A stretch of 63,874 nucleotides of DNA, filler included, from Octopus bimaculoides (GCF_001194135.2; 5 parts of 4 records of this genome joined end to end with filler, not necessarily neighbours in it), one strand, 5' to 3'. Shown: positions 39,384 to 52,320, counted from the first letter of the whole stretch. A program made the numbers and translations. Notes: a model not told the origin generated them from the sequence alone.

Positions 39384-39837
39384 GACAGACGTATACATGA
39401 CATACATACATATGTATATATTTATGTATATTTATATATATATATATGTGTGTGCGTGTGTGTATGTATGTATGTATGTATGTATGTATACATCGATTTT
39501 CTGTTACTTATTCGTGTGGCTTTTCACACACACACACACACACACACATTCGCAGAGTCTATTTTCGTAAAGTCGCAGCTCAAATTCCTAATGCCAGCCA
39601 TTGATATATAACAGTGCCAAGAGCAGATAAATATTTTGAAATACCAAAATAGAAAGAAAGCTTATTACAAATTGTTGAACAGAACGAGAATTAATTCCTT
39701 TGTCATTCGCAATATCCCTCAAATGTCGCTCGAATAGAAATTTGTAATATATATCCTTCTCAGTCTCAATGAATTGTCGGATGGTTACTCGAATACCCAA
39801 ACCTTTGCCTACTTCTCTTTTGTGATTTGTCTTTTGT

Positions 39838-39916
<79 letters not shown>

Positions 39917-40156
39917 GTACGTACGTATGTATGTATGTATGTATGTATGTGTGTGTGAATGAATATATGTATGTATGTATGTATAGAGAGATAGATTGAT
40001 AGATAGATAGATATAGTTAGGTAGATAGATAAATAGATAAATTGATAGCTAGATAGATAGATAGATAGATACATACATACATACATACATACATACATAC
40101 AAATATACATACGCACATAGATATATATGTATATATGTATTATGTGTGAGTGTGCG

Positions 40157-40189
<33 letters not shown>

Positions 40190-40199
40190 ACGTAAATGC

Positions 40200-40340
40200 G
40201 CGTGGCTTTGTGTTTAGAGTGTTTCACTAACGATCGCCAGATTGTGGTTTCGATTCCCAGATCGGCAGTCCGTTGTGTTCGTGAGCAAATACTACATTCC
40301 ACGCTGCTCCAGTCCACTCACCTGTAAATGGATAACCTTG
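40200..40340 (+). mobile_element. tRNA-headed SINE fragment, third family
   Basis: GTGGCTTTGTGTTTAGAG...GGTTTCGATTCCC (B-box-like), then GTGTTCGTGAGCAA...GCTCCAGTCCACTCACCTGTAAATGG, like the central domains of invertebrate SINE superfamilies. Confidence 0.6.
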
Positions 40341-40514
40341 CGATGCACATATATGTATACACACACACACGCACACACATACACACACATACATACACAC
40401 ACAAACAAACACGCACACACATACATACACGAAAGTATATGTATATGTGTATGTGTATATACATAACTTTGATAACTGACAGGTTTTGGCCAGTTTAGGT
40501 CCAGGCTATGTCTA

Positions 40515-40629
40515 ACTTAATAGCACCACCTGGTAAAGTCTTTTAGCCATATATGGGATACCATGGCCCACTCTAGCAAAGAGTTATTGTTGTTGGAGAC
40601 ATATCCGGGTGTAGGAGGTTGGTCCGGGA
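40515..40629 (-). mobile_element. CR1/L2-group LINE extreme 3' end (rest in gap)
   Basis: Minus strand PDQPPTPGYVSNNNNSLLEW resembles the PDQP..GY...N.NS.L.W C-terminus of L2/Crack/Daphne-type ORF2. Confidence 0.55.
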
Positions 40630-40886
40630 NNNNNNNNNNNNNNNNNNNNNNNNNNNNNNNNNNNNNNNNNNNNNNNNNNNNNNNNNNNNNNNNNNNNNNN
40701 NNNNNNNNNNNNNNNNNNNNNNNNNNNNNNNNNNNNNNNNNNNNNNNNNNNNNNNNNNNNNNNNNNNNNNNNNNNNNNNNNNNNNNNNNNNNNNNNNNNN
40801 NNNNNNNNNNNNNNNNNNNNNNNNNNNNNNNNNNNNNNNNNNNNNNNNNNNNNNNNNNNNNNNNNNNNNNNNNNNNNNNNNNNNNN

Positions 40887-40926
<40 letters not shown>

Positions 40927-42619
40927 TATATACACACACACACACACACATATAATATGTGTGTATGTAATAATAATAGTAAATGATAAGTTTTTATACA
41001 ATAAAGTTCGAGACAGAAAATATGGCGACGTCTGTTACGAGTTATAACATAAACTACTCATCGGGTATTTCCGTTTCGATATTTTGGCGCGAAACAATGG
41101 ACGACATCTTAAATGTTTAAGTTTTCGGCACGTCGTTGATCTTTAGCAATTGTATCTAGATTGTTCGGTGTATTGCCCGCTATGGAATTGCGTAGGTAGG
41201 GTAATGAATAGATAAAGTTAATGCTCTATGATGAAATACTCACTTGCAGAAAACACATTGAAATATGATGGTTAACAGTCCAGTTAGATTTGATTGTTTG
41301 CCGAAAAAAGAATTCCGTTGGAAAACTCGTCAGATTTTTAATTATTCATTATCCTGTGCATAAACAAGTAGCTTTGTTCGTCTATTCACAGCTAAATGCC
41401 AAAACACGTTATGTTTACCTCTCTGCAGATCTATATGTCAAAAACGCCTGAACAAGGTTGCATTTTTTGCTGATAAATCTCAACATTGAAGAGTGTATGA
41501 ATGTTTTTGAAATATGAACCATATTTTAGGATATTTAATATCCATGACGTAGAAAATAAAATTTTGAGCTTGCTCTGGTAGTTGAAAATCTCTTAATAAA
41601 CAGCAATCGAAAACTCTGCAAGAATTTATCAATTCAAATCTTTTGTTAAAAAAAGATGCAAATGATGTCAAAGAATGTTAAACTTTTCTGGAAGACAAAA
41701 ATTGCACTTGCTGAAACCGTTGATGTAGGGCAATGTGTGTTCTGTGATGGAGTAATTGACCATATAATAATAATAATTATTATTAATATCCTTTAGGCTC
41801 CATATATATTTAGACAATGAAGTATTTATACGTTTTTGAGAGACGGAATATATACAAATGTTTTTTTTTAAGGATTACAAGTGGGTTCTCTCAAGCGTTT
41901 TTGTTTTGCTTTTCATTTGTGAGAGACTCCATTGTTCGATAGACAGACACCATTAAGGGACTGTGTGCAATTAAAAATATGATGAGAGACATGTGCTCTA
42001 CGATGGAGCAATCGATCTTGTAGATATTACAAGATACCAGATATATTTGGACAATGAAGTAGTAAAACGTCTTTCTGAATGTATGAAGACATACAAATGT
42101 TATGGGTTTATATAAAGAACTTTTAATTGATCCCTATAAAACGTTTTCTGGTGGCAATGCAAACCTTAAATTGATGGATTAACAAGTTATAGACTGTTGA
42201 GAATTTTATTGTAGTTAAAAATACGATAAAAGTATGCAAAGCACATTATGTTTGTGTATATATGCATGTATGTATGTGCGTGCTTGTATGTATGTATGTA
42301 TGTATGTATGTATGTATGTATGTATGTATGTGTTTGTATGAATGTAAGTTTATAATTGTGTGTTGGCTTGACACATTCTTAATATGTAACCAAAGCTTCA
42401 CTCACTACAGACAAAGACCTATTAGACACGTGTTTCATACCTACGTATATACGTGAGTTTAGTTTCAGTTCTTGAGAGTGTTCAAGTCGGTTGCTAATAA
42501 AGTGACACGACATTTCGAGTTAAGAGAGTTCCCGGTGTTTGTAAATATGTGATTGATTTGGCGTGTTGGTTGAACTGTCGATGCATAAATTCAGTTGTTT
42601 GCATCTGTTCACATAAGTA

Positions 42620-42877
42620 TCTCAGATGAAGACTTTTTGGAATGTCTTACAAATCTTCACTGTGCCACCAACAGATTGGATTTGGAGAATCCGCGTCAGT
42701 TTCTTTTGCTCTTTTTCCGTGAAACCAAGTGTTTCTAGGTTTTTCTGCAAATTTGTTGGTACATAACCTAATGCACCTGCGATGATAGGTACAAATGAGA
42801 ATTCGTAGTCAGAGTGCAATAGCTGTAAGTCCTGCATTAATTCGCCATAAATGTCCACTTTTTCCTGGACTTTTGAC
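42620..42877 (-). mobile_element. RLE-type (R2/R4-like) LINE C-terminal fragment; ~200 bp duplicated at 43461-43661 across a gap
   Basis: KVQEKVDIYGELMQDLQLLHSDYEFSFVPIIAGALGYVPTNLQKNLETLGF...GGTVKICKTF (K..KY..L...P.I.GALG pattern after the RLE domain). Confidence 0.75.
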
Positions 42878-43681
42878 GTATGTATGTATGTATGAATATA
42901 GATGTGTGTGTGATTGTCTACAAAATACAGAAATCAAAGTAAATTTCAAACATTATTTTAAATTCTACACCAACATTGTTTTATTTGTAATTCTAATTTT
43001 TCTTTAAGTATCCTTTTTATTTTTCATTTTTAATANNNNNNNNNNNNNNNNNNNNNNNNNNNNNNNNNNNNNNNNNNNNNNNNNNNNNNNNNNNNNNNNN
43101 NNNNNNNNNNNNNNNNNNNNNNNNNNNNNNNNNNNNNNNNNNNNNNNNNNNNNNNNNNNNNNNNNNNNNNNNNNNNNNNNNNNNNNNNNNNNNNNNNNNN
43201 NNNNNNNNNNNNNNNNNNNNNNNNNNNNNNNNNNNNNNNNNNNNNNNNNNNNNNNNNNNNNNNNNNNNNNNNNNNNNNNNNNNNNNNNNNNNNNNNNNNN
43301 NNNNNNNNNNNNNNNNNNNNNNNNNNNNNNNNNNNNNNNNNNNNNNNNNNNNNNNNNNNNNNNNNNNNNNNNNNNNNNNNNNNNNNNNNNNNNNNNNNNN
43401 NNNNNNNNNNNNNNNNNNNNNNNNNNNNNNNNNNNNNNNNNNNNNNNNNNNNNNNNNNNNCGCGTCAGTTTCTTTTGCTCTTTTTCCGTGAAACCAAGTG
43501 TTTCTAGGTTTTTCTGCAAATTTGTTGGTACATAACCTAATGCACCTGCGATGATAGGTACAAATGAGAATTCGTAGTCAGAGTGCAATAGCTGTAAGTC
43601 CTGCATTAATTCGCCATAAATGTCCACTTTTTCCTGGACTTTTGACGTATGTATGTATGTATTTATATATATAAGACGAGC

Positions 43682-43841
43682 CATAAATAATGGTCATTAG
43701 ATATTTTTCTTTGTTGTAAATTTGACTTACAGCTGTTTCCAGCCGCTACCTATCAATAATGAACCTATGATGACTACTGAAAACAGCTGTAAGTCAAATC
43801 TACTATAATAAAGAAAAAATATGTAATGAACATTATTTATG
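43682..43841. repeat. Inverted repeat (~60-bp arms, 40-bp spacer) with hammerhead 3'-half-like motifs in both arms
   Basis: CATAAATAATGGTCATTAG...ATTTGACTTACAGCTGTTTC (43682-43739) versus GAAAACAGCTGTAAGTCAAAT...TAATGAACATTATTTATG (43779-43841). Confidence 0.8.
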
Positions 43842-43991
43842 CCTCTGTGGAAAAATCTGTATAACTGGAGCTCAACTATGAATTTACAATATAAAATATT
43901 GTTAGCCTGATGTATTAACAGAAAGCTTATAAAGTATTTTACTCGGACTGATAATCCCTCACTAATAACTCTGTTATACACACAGACACAC

Positions 43992-44077
<86 letters not shown>

Positions 44078-44530
44078 TAGTTGAACCGTAACTAATCTGC
44101 ACACATCCTCTGATAACTCATGGACGGTGATTCAACGATTTCCCCTCACATCTGCGATGTTTTTCTCAGTCCTGCTGGTTGTGGGTCTCTCAGAACGTTC
44201 GTCCCAGAACGGCCATCTTGGAAACGTCTGAACCACTCGTACACTCGTGTGCGGCTCATATACTCTCCTCCCCTCCATACATTTTCTACAACTTTGCGCA
44301 GGCCTCTGAAAGGTATCGCCATGACAACTTTCTCTGTCATAGTCAATGCGACGATCACACACTACACAAGTTCCTTCCGAGCACTGCTGTAAACGGAAGT
44401 GAGCTAGAACGTTAAAACTTAGTGCACATGTACAGCAGAGTTCAAGGTCAATCTGTGCCAAGTGGCTTCACTCTGCTTACTTTAGCTTCGTTACTATGGC
44501 AACAGTCCGGATACATATTGATCAGACCTA
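44078..44530 (-). mobile_element. Mariner transposon 5' relic (TIR plus HTH N-terminus)
   Basis: End TAGGTCTGATCAATATGTATCCGGACT. Peptide GGEYMSRTRVYEWFRRFQDGRS matches the Mos1-like HTH pattern (MSRT..FEW..RFK.GR). Confidence 0.8.
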
Positions 44531-44790
44531 GTAAAGAAAGCATTATTTCGTGTTTATGAGGGCGACAATTTGGCAGAATCGTAAGATTATGTAGCTTTTG
44601 GTCCAGCTGTTCATATTCTGGGTTCGAATCCGCTTGTGATCAACTTGCCTTTCATCGTTCCGGGGTCAAGTACTAGAGTCTATACGATTANNNNNNNNNN
44701 NNNNNNNNNNNNNNNNNNNNNNNNNNNNNNNNNNTTAATTAATTAANNNNNNNNNNNNNNNNNNNNNNNNNNNNNNNNNNNNNNNNNNNN

Positions 44791-44825
<35 letters not shown>

Positions 44826-44834
44826 ATATATAAA

Positions 44835-45590
44835 TGTGTAATGGTGTTTGTCTGTGTGTTTGGGGTTAATCTTAACATCCTTCACCGTCCAACCGATTTT
44901 AATGATTTTTGGCACATAGGTAGATCACATACCCTGAAGTTCAAATAAGGCTGGAATTTTCGAAAACTCGATAATGCACAGTTGGCATCGATTCTTGTGA
45001 GCTCACTCGGGCGTTTGAATGGAAATTCTCATAACGATGTTATTTTTCCTGCAGCTTTTGCATTATTTGTCCGATTTTGATGAAAATCGATGATTGAACG
45101 AAGCTCATGGCAGTGAGTTAATGTCAGTATATGCCATTGACAAAAATTCGATAATTACGCCTGAGCAATTTATAAAATCAATTTTTATAAAATCAATAGA
45201 CTTTTTGCGTGCAAATACCCATAGGGATTTTATTTTTGGCCGTAAATTTTATATTTTTTATCCGATTTTAATGAAATTTGAAATGTAGGTAAATTTCGTG
45301 GTGGGAGAGACGGTAAAGGTGTTTATTTAATTCAAAAGGGCACAAATGCAAATAAACATTTCCTTGGAGACATTCTTATCGATTTTGTAGAAATTTTACA
45401 CGTAATAACAGTTTATGTCCTTTAGCTGATGCCAGCATGAAGAGCTGCGGGCGAGAGGGGGATTTTAGATTTTGAAGAAAATTGACCCATGAGTAACATT
45501 AAGCACTTCGACATATGAAACGTCGATTATTCATATAATGTATTGAGATTTAAAAGTCAATGGGATATATCTATGTAAATGGTCACATGG
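44835..45590. mobile_element. Non-autonomous DNA element, class uncertain (Helentron/MITE-like)
   Basis: Starts after (TA)n with TGTTTGTCTGTGTG. Recurring CCGATTTT(A/G)ATGA motif at ~44891, ~45071, ~45262, with a variant at ~45378. Confidence 0.45.
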
Positions 45591-46230
45591 NNNNNNNNNN
45601 NNNNNNNNNNNNNNNNNNNNNNNNNNNNNNNNNNNNNNNNNNNNNNNNNNNNNNNNNNNNNNNNNNNNNNNNNNNNNNNNNNNNNNNNNNNNNNNNNNNN
45701 NNNNNNNNNNNNNNNNNNNNNNNNNNNNNNNNNNNNNNNNNNNNNNNNNNNNNNNNNNNNNNNNNNNNNNNNNNNNNNNNNNNNNNNNNNNNNNNNNNNN
45801 NNNNNNNNNNNNNNNNNNNNNNNNNNNNNNNNNNNNNNNNNNNNNNNNNNNNNNNNNNNNNNNNNNNNNNNNNNNNNNNNNNNNNNNNNNNNNNNNNNNN
45901 NNNNNNNNNNNNNNNNNNNNNNNNNNNNNNNNNNNNNNNNNNNNNNNNNNNNNNNNNNNNNNNNNNNNNNNNNNNNNNNNNNNNNNNNNNNNNNNNNNNN
46001 NNNNNNNNNNNNNNNNNNNNNNNNNNNNNNNNNNNNNNNNNNNNNNNNNNNNNNNNNNNNNNNNNNNNNNNNNNNNNNNNNNNNNNNNNNNNNNNNNNNN
46101 NNNNNNNNNNNNNNNNNNNNNNNNNNNNNNNNNNNNNNNNNNNNNNNNNNNNNNATATATATATATATATACATACACATATACACTCACATATGTCTAT
46201 GTGTGTGTATGTGTGTATGTGTGTGTATGT

Positions 46231-46267
<37 letters not shown>

Positions 46268-46312
46268 TGTCTGTCTATGTAAGTGTGTGTAGATTGAAGT
46301 ACTTGGAGTCAA

Positions 46313-46603
46313 GAAGGAGTACTGTTGGACATTTATTAATTATTCACCAGAATTATTTCGACGCAACGTAGTTCTCCAAGAACACAGGTATTTGATTATG
46401 CAACTGTTTGTTTGCATAATGAGATCTAGTTGTGTTTCCTCGGGCGATATACGAGTGTTGTCTCCGTGAATCTCTTAGGCTCATCACTAGTATTCAGTAG
46501 TCGGATACATACACAGAGACTCACACATACGCTCTCCCATACAAAGCTATGTATATATGCCTACATACACAGAGACTCACACATGCACTCTCCCACACAA
46601 ACC

Positions 46604-46642
<39 letters not shown>

Positions 46643-46873
46643 NNNNNNNNNNNNNNNNNNNNNNNNNNNNNNNNNNNNNNNNNNNNNNNNNNNNNNNNNN
46701 NNNNNNNNNNNNNNNNNNNNNNNNNNNNNNNNNNNNNNNNNNNNNNNNNNNNNNNNNNNNNNNNNNNNNNNNNNNNNNNNNNNNNNNNNNNNNNNNNNNN
46801 NNNNNNNNNNNNNNNNNNNNNNNNNNNNNNNNNNNNNNNNNNNNNNNNNNNNNNNNNNNNNNNNNNNNNNNNN

Positions 46874-46910
<37 letters not shown>

Positions 46911-47214
46911 GCCATGTAAATGACAGCCAGTGCCATCTACTACCAGTTACAGCAATCTGACAAACGCACTCTCGTGGCAAACACCATGGGACAATCAGCC
47001 GCTACTAAATTCAAACCACGACGAACAGAGAAGATGGCCTTGAAGTCGACGATTTTAAACTAACGGAGACAGCACTCGTATATTGCCTGAGGAAACACCA
47101 TATCTCATTTTGCAAACAAACAGTTGCATAATCAAATACCTGTATTTTTGGAGAACTACGTTGCGTCGAAACAATTATAGCGAATGATAAATAAATGTCC
47201 AACCGTACTCCTTC
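46313..47214. mobile_element. Foldback/MITE-like element with ~153-bp inverted arms
   Basis: 46313-46467 (GAAGGAGTACTGTTGGACATTTAT...TTTCGACGCAACGTAGTTCTCCAAG...TGTCTCCGT) is the reverse complement of 47063-47214 at high identity. The spacer contains microsatellites and a gap. Confidence 0.82.
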
Positions 47215-47714
47215 AATCTTACATTCACACATGACGAATGCCCAAACTAAAGCTTGGAAGTATATGATAATACTACCGATTCTACTGGGTAAATCTGAAG
47301 GTGGACGAGCTTTATACTGTACTCTCCTATACGTTCCTAACGGAATATCACATAGCTATATATATATATACATATATATATGTATATATATATAGAATGG
47401 TGGGACAACAATGCATCAATACTTACTGGAAATAGCAGTCGATAATATACGACACTATAATAAAGCTTCACTGTATATACTGGCGAAGACGTGTGCGGGC
47501 GGCGAACAAGAAATTTCCCGTTACCTGTGTGAAGAAATATAACCACCCCAGCATATCGACACCCCAGCATTATTTGTTAAGTGTTGGTGGTGGGAAACAA
47601 ACAAAAACACAAAAGCACACAGACACCCACCCCAGTACACACGCACGCACTCACGCGCTCATGAATGCGCGCGCGTGCATGCACACAGTTGTCAGAGATC
47701 ATCAAGAAAGATAA

Positions 47715-48045
47715 TGCCTTCTAAAAATGACAATGTATCTCTAAAACAAAACAGCGAAACTCTCAAAATACAAGATCTGGAAATAGAGATAACCCAAATG
47801 TGGGGTCTAAAAACAGAAGCAAGCTCTATAATAATAGGTGCATTAAGTATGTTTAAAAATCATATAGACAACCAGAATACTAGGATTTACGAATATATGT
47901 AACATACAAAAAAATAGCACTATTAGGCGTCACACACATCATACGTAAAGCACTTCCAGTACAGTGAAAATAACAGCACATACCCAAGGCACAGAGAGCT
48001 ACGCCCGGTAATGCAGTGAAAGCACGTGAGTAAAATAAGACTATC

Positions 48046-48046
<1 letters not shown>
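47715..48046 (+). mobile_element. R4/Dong-type LINE 3' end with 3' UTR, followed by (AAT)n
   Basis: KIQDLEIEITQMWGLKTEASSIIIGALSMF then KIALLGVTHIIRKAL. UTR ends ...AAGACTATCG, then (AAT)n at 48047-48090. Confidence 0.78.
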
Positions 48047-48090
<44 letters not shown>

Positions 48091-48093
<3 letters not shown>

Positions 48094-48615
48094 CCCTGAT
48101 GTAATACCAGGCACTGACTCATATGGCTTCTCATCTAAACTGATTGGAAGTGTTATGGGTATGCTTTGTCTTGATGTTAAAAAAGATGGACTACAGCAAA
48201 TATCCTGCTCAAAACCACAGATTCGCATGTCAGTTGCGCATATCCCTTGGTGGCTGATATGTGCATTTCTGATCACGAAGTAGTGGTGGGGGGGGAATCA
48301 TAACCATGTGTTGAGAAGTAATCGTTGGGGTTTAAATAATTCACCTCTGGAACCATTGGTGTTTCGTTCAACATCCTTAAATAACCCTTATTCAGGGACC
48401 TTTTCGAGCGGGATGAGTTACTCAACCTGAAGAAAATTCTAACTGGGTTTCGCCTGCAAGGTCATGCGCTGTTTATCTTGATATGAGATCACCATGTCAT
48501 GCGCATATGGTTGTCATGCATATGCCTCTGTACCCTTATCAAGCGGGTAGTCATATTTGGCTTTGTTTATTTGTACCACAGTGTCACTTTGATGGCATGC
48601 ACAGCTCTCTCACTC
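48091..48615 (+). mobile_element. ~525-bp (AAT)n-embedded non-coding element (copy 2)
   Basis: Colinear homology with 51551-52094. Flanked by (AAT)n on the left and AAT(GAT)n(AAT)n on the right. Confidence 0.88.
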
Positions 48616-48616
48616 A

Positions 48617-48708
<92 letters not shown>

Positions 48709-48970
48709 AATAATAATAATAATAANNNNNNNNNNNNNNNNNNNNNNNNNNNNNNNNNNNNNNNNNNNNNNNNNNNNNNNNNNNNNNNNNNNNNNNNNNN
48801 NNNNNNNNNNNNNNNNNNNNNNNNNNNNNNNNNNNNNNNNNNNNNNNNNNNNNNNNNNNNNNNNNNNNNNNNNNNNNNNNNNNNNNNNNNNNNNNNNNNN
48901 NNNNNNNNNNNNNNNNNNNNNNNNNNNNNNNNNNNNNNNNNNNNNNNNNNNNNNNNNNNNNNNNNNNNNN

Positions 48971-49187
48971 TGACAAGATCAGTAAATATAAAGACTTGCT
49001 AATAGAAATTGAAAAAATGTGGCACCTCAAGGCGACTGCCGTACCAGTGATTGTAGGATCTCTAGGAATGATAAAAAAGGTTGAAACCTATTTCAAAATG
49101 ATACCAGGTTTACCATCCCTACAGGAAGTGCAAAAAATCATGTTAACTGGAACGACTCATGTACTGAGAAGAGCATTATCGCTGTGA
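48971..49187 (+). mobile_element. R4/Dong-type LINE C-terminal fragment
   Basis: KISKYKDLLIEIEKMWHLKATAVPVIVGSLGMIKK...LQEVQKIMLTGTTHVLRRALSL*. Confidence 0.82.
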
Positions 49188-49378
49188 AAACAACATCCAT
49201 TCATGAATTTATTTATTTATTAATTAATTTTTTTTAAATACATATTTTACCTGTGAATTTGCGTGTGTAAACTGGGAATGCATAGAATGAGTTTCTCTGC
49301 CTTATGTGTACGGAAAACACTCGGCGAGAAATGGAAGAAAATGTGAAGAAAGAAGAAAAAAAAAGACAACATAATAAC

Positions 49379-49439
<61 letters not shown>

Positions 49440-49559
49440 GATAGGATTATAGAGATGTGTTGAAAGCGTTCTATACAGCTCAGCTGAACACAAACAATAA
49501 CCTCATAGTACAAACTTACATTTTATGGAGAAAATAAGTAGGCAATGAAGTACGAAGAT

Positions 49560-51478
49560 ATATAGATGCAAATAAACTAAGTAATGTACGCAGAGACATC
49601 ATTAAGAATAAAAGGTTAACTGTTGCTGAAGTTAGCCAAATTAGGTCACAAATATCGACAAAACAAGATATTCAAGACGGATGCGAAGAAATTTTATAGG
49701 AAAATTGACAAAAGTAAGATAAAAGTAAAGGAGCTACCTAAAACTGAGGAAATGGAAGCGTTCTGGAAGAAGATAGGGAGCAATAAAAAAGAATATAATG
49801 CTAAATCTAACTGGATAGAGCGTGAGAAAGTGAGACTGGATGAAGTTGAGCAGAAATGGGAGGCAATGGAAATAATAGACCTAAGATGTGTACTTAAGAA
49901 GTCTCAAAAATGGAAACCCCAGGACTGGACCGAATTGCTAACTTCTAGTTAAATTGTCTGACAGAAGTACACCAAAATTTCGCTTCATCTCTGACTGATA
50001 TCATCCAGAACCCAGGACAAATATCTGCCTGGCTAACCGAAGGAACAACATACCTTCTACCAAAAACTGAAGACACAAAATTCCAAAGAACTACCGACTA
50101 ATAACACGTCTCAACATCACCTACAAGATCCTCACATCCATATTAACTGACAGAATATACGCTTTCCTTGAACAGAGGTCTATCCTTCCACAAGCTCAAA
50201 AAGGCCATAAAGGAATTCTTATGGGTGCAAAGATCAATTACTCATAAGTAAAATGATTGTAGAGAATTGCCGGAGCAAAACGAAGAACTTGAGATATACA
50301 AAATCTCTCTTGTTATCTCTAAATTCTTACAAGGTAGCATGGCCAAGTGGAACACACGTCCCCTAAACCATTGTAATGGGATGAGACAAACAAGCAGCAT
50401 CAACATCAAACGAGGCATCTTTCAAGGTGATTCCCTCTTCCATTACTCTTTTGCATGGCACTTATCCCACCCTCAAAAGAACTAAATAACACTAGGTATG
50501 GGTTTCAAGATCACAATACGACAATAAACCATCTGTTTTATATGGACGATCTGAAGCTGTTTGCTAAAAAGGACAAAGAGCTATTAGGGTTGCTAACATC
50601 TGTTAAAAAATTCAGTAATGACTTCGGGATGGACTTTGGCCTTGATAAGTGTGCCAAAACAAGTTTTGTAAGAGGCAAGCTCAGGTAAATAGCTTCCATT
50701 AAATTAGATACCGACACTACCATGAAGGAGCTTGGCCCACAAGAAAATTACAAATATCTGGGGATAAACGGAGATGGTATACAACATGCTATTATGAAGG
50801 AAAAATAAGAAAGGAGTACTACAGGAGAATAAGACTCAGTCTAAAAATTGAACTCAACTCTAAAAATCGCATCGAAGCCATTATCATCCTGACATTTCCA
50901 GTAGTCTAATATAGTTTTAACATCATTAACTGGAATCTTACAGAGTTCCAACGCCTGGGCAGAAAGACAAAACTACTAACATCTAAAAACATGCACCACC
51001 CAAAAGCAGGCGTTGATCGTCTGTACCTACCAAGAAGAAATGGGTAAAGAGGAATGATGCAGGTAGAACTGTGATATAAGACCTCCACAATAGCAATGAA
51101 CGGGTACTTATCTAGTACAGAGGACTGGGTGCCGTGGCTTGTGTGCAAACACGGAAGCAGCAAAAAATCACATTCTATTGTCAAGGAAGCTTGCAAATTC
51201 GCAAGGGAACTTGACATTAGCCCTGAAATAGTTGAAGAACCTGGAACCATTTCCACAAAACAAGCGAAATCCAAAAAATTGTATTGACAAGTACTGCCCA
51301 GATCCTAAGGAAAACCTTATCCATTTAAATATCTGTGTTGTATTACATGTGCATAAAGATATTTCGCTACTTCCTCTCACCAAGCTTTCAGTCTTAATGT
51401 AACATCCCTTCTTCTTCACTCGCCCCAGGACGCTTGGTGTGTCTCCGTAAGTGACTGTAACAAATATGCAGATCAAAA

Positions 51479-51480
<2 letters not shown>
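49560..51480 (+). mobile_element. R4/Dong-type LINE with decayed reverse transcriptase, internally deleted
   Basis: QNKIFKTDAKKFYR, INIKRGIFQGDSL (RT motif 4), HLFYMDDLKLFAK (YMDD), FGMDFGLDKCAK, YKYLGI, MHHPKAGVDRLYLPRRNG. Many stops and frameshifts. Ends at (AAT)n 51481-51550; preceded by (AAT)n ~49375-49438. Confidence 0.92.
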
Positions 51481-51550
<70 letters not shown>

Positions 51551-51551
<1 letters not shown>

Positions 51552-52094
51552 ATGTCCAGATGCAGTACCAGGCAGTGGCTTTCATGGCTTCTCATCTTAA
51601 CTGATTGAAAGTGTTATCATGTACATCGTTTTGTCTTGGTATAAAAGATGGGCTACAGCAAATATGCTGCTCAGTACCACAAATTTGCTTGTCAGTTTGA
51701 CCTTAACCAGTTCCTTAGTGGCTGACGATATGTGCATCTTTGATCATGAGCAGAAGTAGTGGGGCGAATCATAGCCATGTGTTGAGGGGAATTCTTTGGG
51801 GTTTGGGTAATTCACCTCTGGAGACATGGTTGTTTCGTTCAACATCCTTAAACAACCCTTATTCAGGGACCTTTTGCGCAGGATGGGCCACCCGACCTGA
51901 AGAAAATTCTAACTGGGCCCCACCTGCAAGGTCATGCGCTGTTTATCTTGATATTAGATCACCATGTCGCGCACATTTGGTTGTGATGCATGTGCCTGGC
52001 GTACCCTTATCAGACGGGTAGTCATGATGGGTATAATGGGCTTCGTATGTTTTACTCCAGTGTCACTTTCAAGGCATGCACTGCTCTCTCACTG
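51551..52094 (+). mobile_element. 544-bp (AAT)n-embedded non-coding element (copy 3, most complete)
   Basis: Flanked by (AAT)n on both sides; no ORF of note; ends ...GGCATGCACTGCTCTCTCACTG-(AAT)n. Confidence 0.88.
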
Positions 52095-52270
52095 AATAAT
52101 AATAATAATAATTATTATTATTATTTCAAATTTTTTGCCACGAGGGCAGCTTCTGGAAGGGGATTAGGTCGATCACATCGATTCCAGTGTGTAACTGGTA
52201 CTTATTTAATCGACCACGAAAAGATGAAAGGCAAAGTCGACCTCAGAACGTAGCGGTAGACAAAATACCA

Positions 52271-52320
<50 letters not shown>

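Noticed and set aside
41021-41063. AAAATATGGCGACG... possible start exon (MATSVTSYNINYSS) with a YY1-like motif
   Set aside because: Short, weak GTATTT donor, no promoter or downstream exon support.
51860-51960. HDV-like or twister ribozyme in the AAT-embedded element
   Set aside because: I could not assemble the P1/P1.1/P2/P3 pseudoknot or the twister core by eye; left as a computational check.
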